Source: an uncultured Candidatus Saccharibacteria bacterium (GTDB lineage: Bacteria > Patescibacteriota > Minisyncoccia > HO2-45-28). From it: 36,500 bases of DNA. The stretch covers positions 1 to 36,500 of the forward strand of contig CAYPMM010000007.1 in assembly GCA_964412115.1 (NCBI GenBank), in the 5' to 3' direction. Positions 8,473 through 17,795 of the stretch are shown here, piece after piece; the stretch's first letter is position 1, and each line of letters begins with the position of its first letter. Made by a program: the position numbers and the translations under genes. Below the pieces are notes generated by a model. The model had not been told where the DNA came from. It made no database searches and saw only the letters and a list, made by a program, of their open reading frames with translations.

Positions 8473-8505
8473 CCCCCGGACCGGCAAGGTTCGGGGGATT
8501 TTTTT
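8473..8505 (+). terminator. Rho-independent terminator
   Basis: CCCCCGGACC / GGTTCGGGGG 10-bp stem, GGCAA loop, then A followed by T7. Confidence 0.85.
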
Positions 8506-8539
8506 GATTTGAAAACTTTAACAAGGTAATGTTTAAAAC

Positions 8540-10465
8540 ATGCAGGAAAATAAATTGCTTTCGGGGTTGAACGAAGCGCAAAAGGAGGCCGTTTTGCACA
8601 AAGACGGACCTCTTTTGATTGTGGCGGGCGCCGGTTCGGGCAAAACCCGGGTTTTGACCCACCGCGTCGCCCATTTGATCGCGGGCGGAGTACAGCCGGA
8701 AAAAATCCTTGCGGTCACATTCACCAACAAAGCCGCGGGCGAAATGAAAGAAAGAATCGCAAAACTCCTTCAGGTCCCACTCTCCCAAATTTTGCCGAAG
8801 AAAAATTTGGGAGGACCATGGATCGGCACCTTCCATTCTCTCGGCGCCTGGATTTTGAGGAATGATGCAAAAAGCGCCGGACTTGGCAAAAACTTCTCAA
8901 TAGCCGACGAGGAAGACAGTCTGTCGCTTATAAAAGAATCAATCAAAGAAGCCGGAGCCGACCCGAAACAATTCCAGCCGTTCAGGATAAAGAAAGTTAT
9001 TTCAAGAAAGAAGTGCGAGCTTATTTGCGCCGAAGACTTTTCGTCCGAGGCCCGAGACCCGTTTTCACGAACGCTCGCTCTTATCTGGCGGATTTATGAG
9101 AACAAATTAAAATCATCCGACTTCGCCGACTTTGACGACTTATTGATTAAAACAGAAAACCTTTTTTCGTCCCACCCCGAAATCCTTTCAAAATATCAGG
9201 ACATGTGGCAATACATAAACGTGGACGAATTCCAGGACACCGACAGCGTCCAATACAAAATCGCGAGCGTCCTTGCTTCCAAACACTCAAACATCTGCGT
9301 TGTCGGCGACGTGGACCAGTCAATTTACAGCTTTCGCGGAGCCGATTTCAGAAACATTTTGAATTTTGAAATGGGTTGGCCCGGCGCCAAAGTCATAACT
9401 CTTGAAGAAAATTACCGCTCAACCCCCCAAATTTTAGACGCGGCTAATGCCGTAATCGCCAAAAATAAGCTGCGCAAGCCCAAAAACCTTTTCACTAAAG
9501 CAGACAGCGGAGAAAAACTGGCGGTGTATGCCGCCGAAAACGAAAACGATGAAGCCGATTTTATCGCCTCTGAGGCGGCCGGTCTTATCAAAAAGGGAGT
9601 GAGGCCCGAACAAATAGCGGTGCTTTTCCGCACCAACGCCCAGTCCAGAGTCCTTGAAGAAAAATTCCTGGCCCGCGCCCTGCCTTATTACGTAGTCGGC
9701 GTCAAATTTTACGCCAGAAAAGAAGTAAAAGACGTTTTGGCCTATCTTAAATCAAGTCTCAACCCGTCGGACCTCTTAAGCAAAAAAAGGGTAATAAACC
9801 TGCCCGCGCGCGGCATAGGCAAGGCTCTAATGGTCAAATATTTGGCCGGAGCCGGATTGAAGCCGGCCGAGCGCGAAAAAATAGCGTCTTTTGAAGGACT
9901 GCTCGGCCGGATAAAGTCGTATGCCGAAAAAATGCCGGCATCGCGCGCGGTTATGTCGGCGATTAAAGAAAGCAAATACTTTGAAATGTTTGACTCCGGA
10001 ACGGAAGAGGGGGCGATGCGTCTGGCCAATGTCATGGAACTGGCCAGTCTTTCGGTGAAATTCGACCATATTAAACCTCCGGGCGGTCTGGTAAAAATGC
10101 TTGAGGAAGCAAGCCTTATGTCGGATCAGGATTCCATAAGCGGAGCTAAAAAAGGAGTACCGCTTACGACGGTGCATGCCGCCAAAGGGCTTGAATTTGA
10201 CCGCGTTTTTATCGCCGGACTTGAGGAAGGGCTTTTCCCTCATACCGCCATAGGAGGGGGAGACGAAAAGTTAAGACTTGAGGAAGAAAGAAGGCTTTTT
10301 TATGTCGCGCTTACGCGCGGACGCAAGAAAGTATATCTGTCGCTCGCGTTTTTCCGCACCATTTTCGGAGAGCGCCAAGTAAATATGCCCTCAAGATTTT
10401 TGGACGACATACCGCCCGAACTTCTGGAAAAAGCGGATGACGAAAAGACGATAGAACTTGCTTAG
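8540..10465 (+). CDS. pcrA: UvrD/PcrA/Rep-family SF1 DNA helicase
   Basis: 641 aa with Walker A AGAGSGKT, DEFQDT and other SF1 helicase motifs. Confidence 0.93.
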   Translation: MQENKLLSGLNEAQKEAVLHKDGPLLIVAGAGSGKTRVLTHRVAHLIAGGVQPEKILAVTFTNKAAGEMKERIAKLLQVPLSQILPKKNLGGPWIGTFHSLGAWILRNDAKSAGLGKNFSIADEEDSLSLIKESIKEAGADPKQFQPFRIKKVISRKKCELICAEDFSSEARDPFSRTLALIWRIYENKLKSSDFADFDDLLIKTENLFSSHPEILSKYQDMWQYINVDEFQDTDSVQYKIASVLASKHSNICVVGDVDQSIYSFRGADFRNILNFEMGWPGAKVITLEENYRSTPQILDAANAVIAKNKLRKPKNLFTKADSGEKLAVYAAENENDEADFIASEAAGLIKKGVRPEQIAVLFRTNAQSRVLEEKFLARALPYYVVGVKFYARKEVKDVLAYLKSSLNPSDLLSKKRVINLPARGIGKALMVKYLAGAGLKPAEREKIASFEGLLGRIKSYAEKMPASRAVMSAIKESKYFEMFDSGTEEGAMRLANVMELASLSVKFDHIKPPGGLVKMLEEASLMSDQDSISGAKKGVPLTTVHAAKGLEFDRVFIAGLEEGLFPHTAIGGGDEKLRLEEERRLFYVALTRGRKKVYLSLAFFRTIFGERQVNMPSRFLDDIPPELLEKADDEKTIELA

Positions 10466-10473
10466 TTAAAACT

Positions 10474-11277
10474 ATGACCAAACTTGGCCAGAATTTTCTA
10501 ATATCCAAACGCATCGCCGAAAAAATGGCCGATTCGGCCGAAACCGGCCCAAAAGACGTTGTTTTGGAAATAGGTCCGGGCAGAGGCATTTTAACCGGAG
10601 AGTTATTAAAACGCGCCAAAAAGGTGGTCGCGGTTGAAAAAGATGCCGCGCTTTTTGATTTTTTAAAGCAAAAATTCGCCGAAGAAATCCAAAAAAAACG
10701 GCTGGTTTTGATAAAAGATGATATCCGCGACTTCCTCAAAAATCCTGTTAAACATCCGATGTTTAACAAAGTGGTCGCCAACATCCCTTATTACCTTACC
10801 GGCCAGCTCCTGCGGCTCCTCCTGTCGCCAGTGTCGGATACCAGGTATCCGACAATAAAAGGATTGATTATTCTGATGCTTCAAAAAGAGGTAGCCCAAA
10901 GAATGGTGTCGGATACCCGGTATCCGACAAAAAGAAAGATGAGTCTTTTGGCTATTTCGGTCTGGGTGTGCGCTCGGCCAAAAATTGCTTTTTTGGTCAA
11001 AAAAGGCAATTTTTGGCCTCAACCGAAGGTAGATTCGGCGGTTGTTGTGTTCAAAAGACGGGAAAGGGACTTTTTCAAGGAGCACAAAATAAGCCAAAAG
11101 GCATTTTTTGACACGGTCAAGGCCGGCTTCGCCCACCCGCGCAAGGTCCTCAAAAACAACCTCGCTTTATCAGATATCGGATGTCTGATAAAGTGCGGGG
11201 TTGAAGAAAAAGCGAGAGCGGAAGATTTGTCGCTTGAAAACTGGGCCTGCTTGGTAAAATCATTATCAAAACTATAG
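10474..11277 (+). CDS. rsmA: 16S rRNA (adenine1518/1519-N6) dimethyltransferase
   Basis: 267 aa with SAM motif LEIGPGRGILT, NIPYY, MLQKEVAQRM and PKVDSAVV. Confidence 0.9.
   Translation: MTKLGQNFLISKRIAEKMADSAETGPKDVVLEIGPGRGILTGELLKRAKKVVAVEKDAALFDFLKQKFAEEIQKKRLVLIKDDIRDFLKNPVKHPMFNKVVANIPYYLTGQLLRLLLSPVSDTRYPTIKGLIILMLQKEVAQRMVSDTRYPTKRKMSLLAISVWVCARPKIAFLVKKGNFWPQPKVDSAVVVFKRRERDFFKEHKISQKAFFDTVKAGFAHPRKVLKNNLALSDIGCLIKCGVEEKARAEDLSLENWACLVKSLSKL
10832..10854. repeat. 23-bp perfect palindrome, copy 1, in-frame inside rsmA
   Basis: TGTCGGATACC-A-GGTATCCGACA, which encodes VSDTRYPT. Confidence 0.95.
10907..10929. repeat. 23-bp perfect palindrome, copy 2, in-frame inside rsmA
   Basis: TGTCGGATACC-C-GGTATCCGACA, 75 bp (25 codons) after copy 1, again encoding VSDTRYPT. 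Confidence 0.95.
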
Positions 11278-11625
11278 ACTGGTTCCAATCATTATGACCG
11301 TGTATTGAGTCGGATATGTTTTAGGACCGACAGTGCAAACACCGCCGGGGTTAGCCAGTCCCAAGGCCCATTTACCAGGTCTGTTTGGAGGACCATATGG
11401 GTAAGTAACCGCTGAATAGGGATAAAAATATAGTCCCGGACGCGGAGGACTGAGGGTAAATGCTATACCCCCGGAGCAAATATGGTCAATTTTGATTATA
11501 CGTCCGCCAAAAGGGATAGCCGCCGCATAGGCCAATGCCGGACCGTCATTACCAAAAATAGAAAATGGCGCCAGAATGGCCACAACAACCGCAAAACCAA
11601 GCGCGCCCGTAAAGAATTTCCTCAT
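11272..11625 (-). CDS. Small secreted Pro/Gly/Tyr-rich hypothetical protein
   Basis: Start moved to MRKFF, which begins a signal peptide, with TATAAT 6 nt upstream. The track ORF extends to 11688. Its stop abuts the rsmA stop. Confidence 0.55.
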   Translation of the reverse strand: MRKFFTGALGFAVVVAILAPFSIFGNDGPALAYAAAIPFGGRIIKIDHICSGGIAFTLSPPRPGLYFYPYSAVTYPYGPPNRPGKWALGLANPGGVCTVGPKTYPTQYTVIMIGTSL

Positions 11626-11689
11626 GCTTATATTATAGCAGTGGTTATCCACACTTGAAAACAAAACTAAATTAAAGGTAAAAAGCAAA

Positions 11690-11698
11690 TGCTATAAT
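11690..11698 (+). promoter_or_regulatory. Extended -10 (TGcTATAAT) ahead of the VirB4-type locus
   Basis: TGCTATAAT lies 14 nt upstream of the first ORF of the co-directional block. Confidence 0.4.
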
Positions 11699-11712
11699 TA
11701 TTGTAAGGCAAA

Positions 11713-12753
11713 TTGCCCCAGATTTTGGCATTTTTAGGAAACAAAAAAATAGTTTTTGCAACAATTCTTGCTTTGGTTCTCGGAGCGGGCGTGTTTTGGA
11801 TTTATTCCGCCAAAGGCGGACCAACCTTTGGTTGGCAAAAATCAGGCGGTAAAAAAATCGCTTCAAGCGAAAATCCGCTTGCGGTCTCAATACAAAAACA
11901 GCTGACCGACTCTCCCGACTCAGACGGCGACGGCTTAAAGGATTGGGAAGAACAGCTTTGGGGCACGGACCAGAATAGTCCCGACAGCGACGGCGACGGG
12001 ACGCCTGACGGAGAAGAGATAAAAATCGGACGGGACCCGCTCAAAGCGGGGTCAAATGACTATTTAAACCCTTCCTCTGCAAACAAGGAAGATAAAGCTC
12101 CGCCGGAGAAACTCAACCTCACTCAAAAAACAACACGCGATCTTTTTGTTTCATACATTCAGCAAAGGCAGTCGGGACTTGACCCGATATCGGCTTCGGA
12201 GGGGGTCATAAACGCAATTTTAAACGACAGCGGCGTTCCGGAGTTTGAAAATACCTTTTCTCAAAAAGACGTAAAAACGGACGCCTACGCCTCTTCCGAA
12301 GAAAAAAAGAACTACATCAACGAACTCGCGCGGATTACTAATGACGGCGGGGAAAAAATAAAAGCAAACGAGCTTAAAACTCTCGAGCGCGCCATAAATC
12401 TGGCTAATTCTTCGGATAGTTTTGAAAAATTCGGAGAGTTTGCGGACAACGCCGCGGTTTATAAAAAAATGGCCGCGGATATTTTAAAAATGTCCGTGCC
12501 GCAAAATTACGCCTCGGCTCATCTTCGGTATTTAAACGCGCTGAATAACCTTTCCGAAATAAACTTGGTTTTTTCCGTTTTTATGTCCGACCCCATACCC
12601 GGACTTTCGGCGGTCAAACAATATCTGACGGAGGCCGAAAATATAAAAAACTCGCTTTTGGTCTTGGGCGTATCGATACGCGCCGACCGATTGGTTTTCG
12701 GGCCCGAAGAATATGGATTCGCTTTTCTAAGTTTAGTAAATCAACTGCAATGA
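11713..12753 (+). CDS. Membrane-anchored protein with thrombospondin type-3-like Ca-binding repeats
   Basis: 346 aa with an N-terminal TM helix and DSDGDG...DSDGDGTPDGEE repeats. Uses a TTG start, so the start is uncertain. Confidence 0.55.
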   Translation: MPQILAFLGNKKIVFATILALVLGAGVFWIYSAKGGPTFGWQKSGGKKIASSENPLAVSIQKQLTDSPDSDGDGLKDWEEQLWGTDQNSPDSDGDGTPDGEEIKIGRDPLKAGSNDYLNPSSANKEDKAPPEKLNLTQKTTRDLFVSYIQQRQSGLDPISASEGVINAILNDSGVPEFENTFSQKDVKTDAYASSEEKKNYINELARITNDGGEKIKANELKTLERAINLANSSDSFEKFGEFADNAAVYKKMAADILKMSVPQNYASAHLRYLNALNNLSEINLVFSVFMSDPIPGLSAVKQYLTEAENIKNSLLVLGVSIRADRLVFGPEEYGFAFLSLVNQLQ

Positions 12754-14288
12754 GAATTTATTTACTCATCTTTATTTTTATCGCAATCTTATTTCCGTTT
12801 TATAACGCCGATGCTCAATTCGCCGCGAGGGGCCTTTCCGTGCCAACGCTTGATATCGGCCTAAATCCAAAAGAGTTTTCGCTGGACCTAATCACTAACG
12901 CCATCGGCGTATCCCTAATACGAACAATGTCCGACAATATCCAGAGCTGGATACGAAACGGTTTTGACGGAAAGCCTCTTTTTGTGACCGACTGGGAGGG
13001 ATTTTTGCAAAAGGCCGGAAACGAAGCGTTTGGTATTTTCGTAGACGACCTGATCGCGAAAGGCGCGCCCGATATCTGCAGTCCGTTCAGAGAGGATGTG
13101 GTATTGGGGCTCATTTCCATTTCTCGGCCTCCCAGAGCAAGATGCACGCTTGATGCGGTAATATCCAACGTTAATTCTCTTTATAACAATTTTGAAACTT
13201 ACGGCTGGACGGGATTTGCCGGAATCACGACGGCCAATGTTTCCAATAACGCTTTCGGTTCTTTCCTTCTAAAGCTCGACCAGGCCTCTTTGGCGGTCGC
13301 GAGAAAAACGTCCGGCCTTCAAAACGAAGCTCTTGCGTCCCGCGGATTTTTAAGCTGGAAAGAAGATTTTAACTGCGTAAGAGACGAGATCACCCAGGAA
13401 GACCGCTGCCAAACAAGAACCGTAACACCGGGAAGTTATATTGCCAACCAATTGGATTTACCCTCGCAATATTCGGCTATAAAAACGGCGGTGGCCGACG
13501 AGTTTAACGAACTCATTTCGGTGGTAGCGCAGGAGCTTTTACAAAACGCTTTGAGCGGTTCCCGGCCCGGAGGAGTTTTAAGAAGTTCGCCGCGGCCCTC
13601 GCCTGACTACTCAAGCGTCATTGAAAATCAAAGAGCATATTTGTCGTCGGTTTTAAGAACCGATCTCATTGCTCCTGAAACACAATATGTTGAGGCCAAA
13701 CAATTATCGGCAAGCGCCCTGCTTCGCTCAATTTCAGTTTTTCAAGAACTGGAAAGAGCGCAAAGTGCTTCACGAAGCTCCGAAATCGTCCAGAGTCGCG
13801 ACGCGTTTGACAGAATCCGTACTGAATTTAATCTCGCTGACATAAAACTTGCGCGATTTGAAAATATCTTGATAGATGTCCAGCGAATGACAACCATCGC
13901 GGAGATGAATAATCTCGCCCAACTGGTGGTGGGTCTCCAAAGAGATACGCGATCGCAGATAGAAATATTGGATGCCCAGGCGCAAAATGCGTCCTTCCAA
14001 AACGCCCTTGATGCGCTTATCGCGGAACTGCAAATATCTGGCCCTTCGCGTCAATTTCTGACACTTTCCGCCTTTCCAACTTTCATAACCTCCGGACGCT
14101 CGTCTCTTCTCTCATGGTCAAGCCTAAATGTTGCGAGTTGCGCCGCTTCGGGATCAGAGTGGAGCGGTTCAAGACCAGTTTCCGGCGACCAAAAAGTTTT
14201 TCCGATAAGAACTTCAAATTATCGGCTTGCCTGCTCCGGTCCAAGCGGCGCGTTATCGGCTACGACAACAATAACCGTTTCGCCTTAA
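12750..14288 (+). CDS. Secreted hypothetical protein with a C-terminal Ig-like segment
   Basis: 512 aa with a signal peptide. ATGA 4-nt overlap with the upstream gene. Confidence 0.6.
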   Translation: MRIYLLIFIFIAILFPFYNADAQFAARGLSVPTLDIGLNPKEFSLDLITNAIGVSLIRTMSDNIQSWIRNGFDGKPLFVTDWEGFLQKAGNEAFGIFVDDLIAKGAPDICSPFREDVVLGLISISRPPRARCTLDAVISNVNSLYNNFETYGWTGFAGITTANVSNNAFGSFLLKLDQASLAVARKTSGLQNEALASRGFLSWKEDFNCVRDEITQEDRCQTRTVTPGSYIANQLDLPSQYSAIKTAVADEFNELISVVAQELLQNALSGSRPGGVLRSSPRPSPDYSSVIENQRAYLSSVLRTDLIAPETQYVEAKQLSASALLRSISVFQELERAQSASRSSEIVQSRDAFDRIRTEFNLADIKLARFENILIDVQRMTTIAEMNNLAQLVVGLQRDTRSQIEILDAQAQNASFQNALDALIAELQISGPSRQFLTLSAFPTFITSGRSSLLSWSSLNVASCAASGSEWSGSRPVSGDQKVFPIRTSNYRLACSGPSGALSATTTITVSP

Positions 14289-14289
14289 A

Positions 14290-16143
14290 ATGGCCGCCTT
14301 AAATCACAAAATAATAAGCGCGTTTCTGCTGGTTTCAACACTCGCGCTCTTTTTGCCGCTGCATAACATTCTGGCGCAAGGCGCGCCGCCCACAGTCGAA
14401 GAGGGGGACGAAAATGTTTTTTTCGGGCAGCGGTTGCAACAGCAAACATCAGGAGAAGGACAGCCGACAACGCCGTCAGGACAAACATCTTCACAGCCGG
14501 TAGCCGCGAATGAATCCGTCGCCGCGGCCCTTCGGACAGCCGCTTGTCCGGTAATCAGCAACGTCGCATTTTACATTACCGCCTGCGGATTGCTTACCGC
14601 CGGCGGATGGGTGGTGTTTGTGGTTTTGATGGCAGTTTCGGCCTTCTTCGCTTTATTCGGCAATCTTTTTGACCTTGTAACGGCAGTCACTCTCAACCCG
14701 GCGACATACAGCGTGCCGGCCATATATCAGGGCTGGACGGTCGCCCGAGACACCGCGAATATGTTTTTCATATTCATACTCCTAACCATCGCCATCGCCA
14801 CAATTTTGCAGATAGAAACATACGGCGCTAAAAAACTTCTGCCAAAACTCATTGCTGCCGCGATTTTCATCAACTTTTCTTTTCTGCTCACGCAATACGT
14901 GGTTTTCGCCTCCAACATCATGACCGGATTTTTCCTGCCGGGCGCGGGAACCGCCAGGGGCCCAAGCGCGCAGCTGTCGGTCATGTTCCTTGCCGGCATC
15001 AATCCAAACGCGATGTACAAAAACACCCAATTCAATTTGGGCGCCATTGCCGATACGCAAAAAAAACTGGATGAGACCCGTTTGAGATTGTCTGAAAGTC
15101 TTGCGTTTCAAGACGAGAGTTCAACCGACGCGGAAATACTGGCGGCGCAGCAAGAGTTTGAGCGCGCAACCGCCGAAGAGACCCGGCTTTCGCAACAGTT
15201 AACCAATCAGCAAAAAGAACTGCCCAACACTCTGCTTCAGCTGATTGTGGCGATGCTTGGCGTAATCGCTTTCATATTGGTGGCAACTTTTGCTTTGGGA
15301 TTTGCCGGAATTTCTCTTTTAATCCGGGTGGTTGTTTTGTGGTTTTTGATGATTTTGTCTCCCATCGCTTTTCTCTTTTTTGTAATTCCGGGTCTTGGCG
15401 GACACGCTTCCAAGTGGTGGGGCGAACTTTTGAAACAATCGTTTTTCGCGCCGGCGTTTTTCTTCCTTTTCGGGCTTACGGTGAATATGATTTCCACCCC
15501 TCAAGCGCGGGCGCTTTTCGGAATCGGCGAAAATATCGCCCAGCAGGCAAACGCCGGCGCGTTCAACACCGCGCTCATAGTCAGTTTCACCTCGTTTGCC
15601 TACTACACTTTGCTTATAATAATGCTAATCGCAAGCGTCCTTGTGGCCAAAAGCATGGGCGGAGCTACGGCCCAGTGGGCCGAGAAAGGAGCGAAGTACG
15701 CCAGAGGCGCTGCTTTGGGATATGCAGGAAGAGTGGGCAGGAAATATGCGATAGAAGCAACGGGTGCTGTGGGCAAAGCCGTAACCAGCGGAGAAGGACG
15801 GGTGGCCCAAGTCTTGCGGCAAACTCCGTATGTCAACAAGATGTTCGGGGCCATGGAAGCCACACAGCGAAGAGAGGTTAAAAAATACGAAAAACAATAC
15901 GGTTCTTTCAGCACAGACGCTCTTAAAAACATTGAGTCGGCTCCGGGGCTTCGTGTTGCCAGCGAAAGAAACGCAATAAGAAATATAATAAACAAAAGAG
16001 ACGAAGACAGGCGAGATGATGAAATACTTAAAAACGGAGACGCGATAAGCAAAATGAGGGTGATGGACAAAAGGGCCAAAAAAAATAAAGCGGACGCGGA
16101 ACAGGCAAAGCGAGAAGCGGAAGAAAAAAATCCCAAAACTTAA
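14290..16143 (+). CDS. Polytopic TrbL/VirB6-like membrane protein
   Basis: 617 aa with a signal sequence, a Q/T/P-rich linker, at least 6 TM helices, a coiled-coil insertion and a K/R/E-rich tail. Confidence 0.65.
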   Translation: MAALNHKIISAFLLVSTLALFLPLHNILAQGAPPTVEEGDENVFFGQRLQQQTSGEGQPTTPSGQTSSQPVAANESVAAALRTAACPVISNVAFYITACGLLTAGGWVVFVVLMAVSAFFALFGNLFDLVTAVTLNPATYSVPAIYQGWTVARDTANMFFIFILLTIAIATILQIETYGAKKLLPKLIAAAIFINFSFLLTQYVVFASNIMTGFFLPGAGTARGPSAQLSVMFLAGINPNAMYKNTQFNLGAIADTQKKLDETRLRLSESLAFQDESSTDAEILAAQQEFERATAEETRLSQQLTNQQKELPNTLLQLIVAMLGVIAFILVATFALGFAGISLLIRVVVLWFLMILSPIAFLFFVIPGLGGHASKWWGELLKQSFFAPAFFFLFGLTVNMISTPQARALFGIGENIAQQANAGAFNTALIVSFTSFAYYTLLIIMLIASVLVAKSMGGATAQWAEKGAKYARGAALGYAGRVGRKYAIEATGAVGKAVTSGEGRVAQVLRQTPYVNKMFGAMEATQRREVKKYEKQYGSFSTDALKNIESAPGLRVASERNAIRNIINKRDEDRRDDEILKNGDAISKMRVMDKRAKKNKADAEQAKREAEEKNPKT

Positions 16144-16158
16144 AAATTAAATTAAAAT

Positions 16159-16731
16159 ATGCAGCCACTAACACCGGAACAATTATTCGCAAAGTACGAA
16201 AAAATACCAAAAGACTTGCAAGACGCCATATTAGACGCCGGAACTTCGGATATCATCGGCGCGATAACCAAAAAATACGGTCTGAACCTTGAGCAGGCCG
16301 GAAACCTTGCTGACGAGGTCGGGCTTTTGATGCTTGGCGAAACCAACCCGCGTGATTTTACGGCAAACTTAATCAAACGGCTCGAAACCGACCCCGAGAT
16401 GACAAAAAAAATAGCCCAGGAAATAAACGAGCAGATTTTTTCAAAAGTGCGCGAGTCGCTTAAAAAAATACACGGCGTAAGCGAAGAGGAAAAACAAGGG
16501 GCCGCGGGACCTCAGCCCGCAAAAACGGAAACCCCGGCACCGAAGCCGTCTTCGGGTTTAGGCGAGTCAAGACCCTCGCCATTTGAACAAAAATTGGAAG
16601 ACAAAGTTTTTCCGCCCAAGGCGGACCAGCCTTTGGCTGGTGTGCCCGCGCTTAAAAAAGAGGTGGAACAAGCGCAAAAAGAAAATCGTTATCCGTCTAG
16701 CGCGGACCCGTACCGCGAACCTCCAAAATAA
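16159..16731 (+). CDS. Hypothetical soluble protein with a Pro/Ala-rich C-terminal half
   Basis: 190 aa, in the operon, with no family recognised. Confidence 0.5.
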   Translation: MQPLTPEQLFAKYEKIPKDLQDAILDAGTSDIIGAITKKYGLNLEQAGNLADEVGLLMLGETNPRDFTANLIKRLETDPEMTKKIAQEINEQIFSKVRESLKKIHGVSEEEKQGAAGPQPAKTETPAPKPSSGLGESRPSPFEQKLEDKVFPPKADQPLAGVPALKKEVEQAQKENRYPSSADPYREPPK

Positions 16732-16733
16732 TT

Positions 16734-17138
16734 ATGCGCCAATTTTCAGTTCCGCAATTCATAGAAGTAGAAGACAAAATTTTCGGGCCGCTTACGCTCA
16801 AGCAGTTTATTTATCTGCTTGGAGGAGGGGCATCCGTATTTATAATTTATGTTTTCGGAGGGATGCTGGGCGTTATTTTTCTCGGCCTGCCGATTGCGGT
16901 TTTTGCGGCAGCGCTCGCTTTTTATAAAATAAACGGCCAGCCCTTTATAAACATAGCGGCAAGCGCCGTATCTCACTACAGCAAATCAAAACTTTACATT
17001 TGGAAAAGGGTTGAGACAAAAAAACAAGACATCCGTAAAATTCCGGCCCTTGAACAAAAACTGGTCCTGCCGAAAATCACCGAAAGCAAATTAAGAGACC
17101 TGTCCTGGTCTTTAGACGTAAAAGAAAAAATAAAATAA
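16734..17138 (+). CDS. PrgI-family (VirB3-like) membrane protein
   Basis: 134 aa. The N-terminus FSVPQFIEVEDKIFGPLTLKQFIYL followed by two TM helices is typical of PrgI/VirB3-like proteins. Confidence 0.65.
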   Translation: MRQFSVPQFIEVEDKIFGPLTLKQFIYLLGGGASVFIIYVFGGMLGVIFLGLPIAVFAAALAFYKINGQPFINIAASAVSHYSKSKLYIWKRVETKKQDIRKIPALEQKLVLPKITESKLRDLSWSLDVKEKIK

Positions 17139-17140
17139 GC

Positions 17141-17794
17141 ATGGCCAAAGCACAATCATCGCAAGAATTCGTTCCGATAAAAGAAATACGCGACGGGATA
17201 ATGATTACCGACGACGGAAATTTGCATATGGTTTTGATGGCCTCCTCCCTGAATTTCGCCCTTCGCTCCGGGGAAGAGCAGGAGGCAGTCACGGCCCAAT
17301 ACCAGAATTTTTTAAACTCGCTGGATTTTTCGGTCCAAATCATGATTCAGTCGCGCCGGCTTAATATTGACCCGTATCTTGAAACCTTGCGCCAGGCCGA
17401 AAAAGAGCAGACAAACGAGCTGATGAAAATTCAGACCCGCGAATACGTGGAATTCGTGCGCACTTTCGTCTCAACCACCAAAATCGTCACCAAAAGTTTT
17501 TACATTGTGGTTACATTTGTCCCGCCTTTTTTGGGGATAGGCAAAAAGGAGGGTTTCGGAGGATTTTTTAAAAAATTTTTCACCGGTGAAAAAAAAGAGG
17601 ACAAACAGATAATGGACGAAAAGTTTGAAGAATACCGGACACAGCTTTGGCAAAGGGCCGAAACGGTCTCGGGCGCCATCGCTTCAACCGGAGTCAGAAC
17701 CGCGCCTTTAAACACCGAGGAATTGGTCGAGCTTTTTTACGGGCTTTTCAATCCTGGGGAACTGGAACGCGGACACGCTCCGCAAGTTAGATAA
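17141..17794 (+). CDS. Hypothetical protein resembling the N-terminal non-ATPase region of VirB4/TrsE proteins
   Basis: 217 aa. The pattern FVPIKEIRDGIMITDDGNLHMVL...YQNFLNSL resembles VirB4 N-domains. The next gene starts 1 nt after its stop. Confidence 0.45.
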   Translation: MAKAQSSQEFVPIKEIRDGIMITDDGNLHMVLMASSLNFALRSGEEQEAVTAQYQNFLNSLDFSVQIMIQSRRLNIDPYLETLRQAEKEQTNELMKIQTREYVEFVRTFVSTTKIVTKSFYIVVTFVPPFLGIGKKEGFGGFFKKFFTGEKKEDKQIMDEKFEEYRTQLWQRAETVSGAIASTGVRTAPLNTEELVELFYGLFNPGELERGHAPQVR

Positions 17795-17795
17795 T

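Noticed and set aside
11272-11277. The palindromic hexamer CTATAG provides the abutting stop codons of the convergent rsmA and secreted-protein genes
   Set aside because: It is real but trivial. It reflects extreme compaction rather than a distinct element.
12750-14288. Possible VirB1-like lytic transglycosylase role for the 512-aa secreted protein
   Set aside because: No catalytic motif characteristic of lytic transglycosylases or other hydrolases was recognisable, so it is left as hypothetical.
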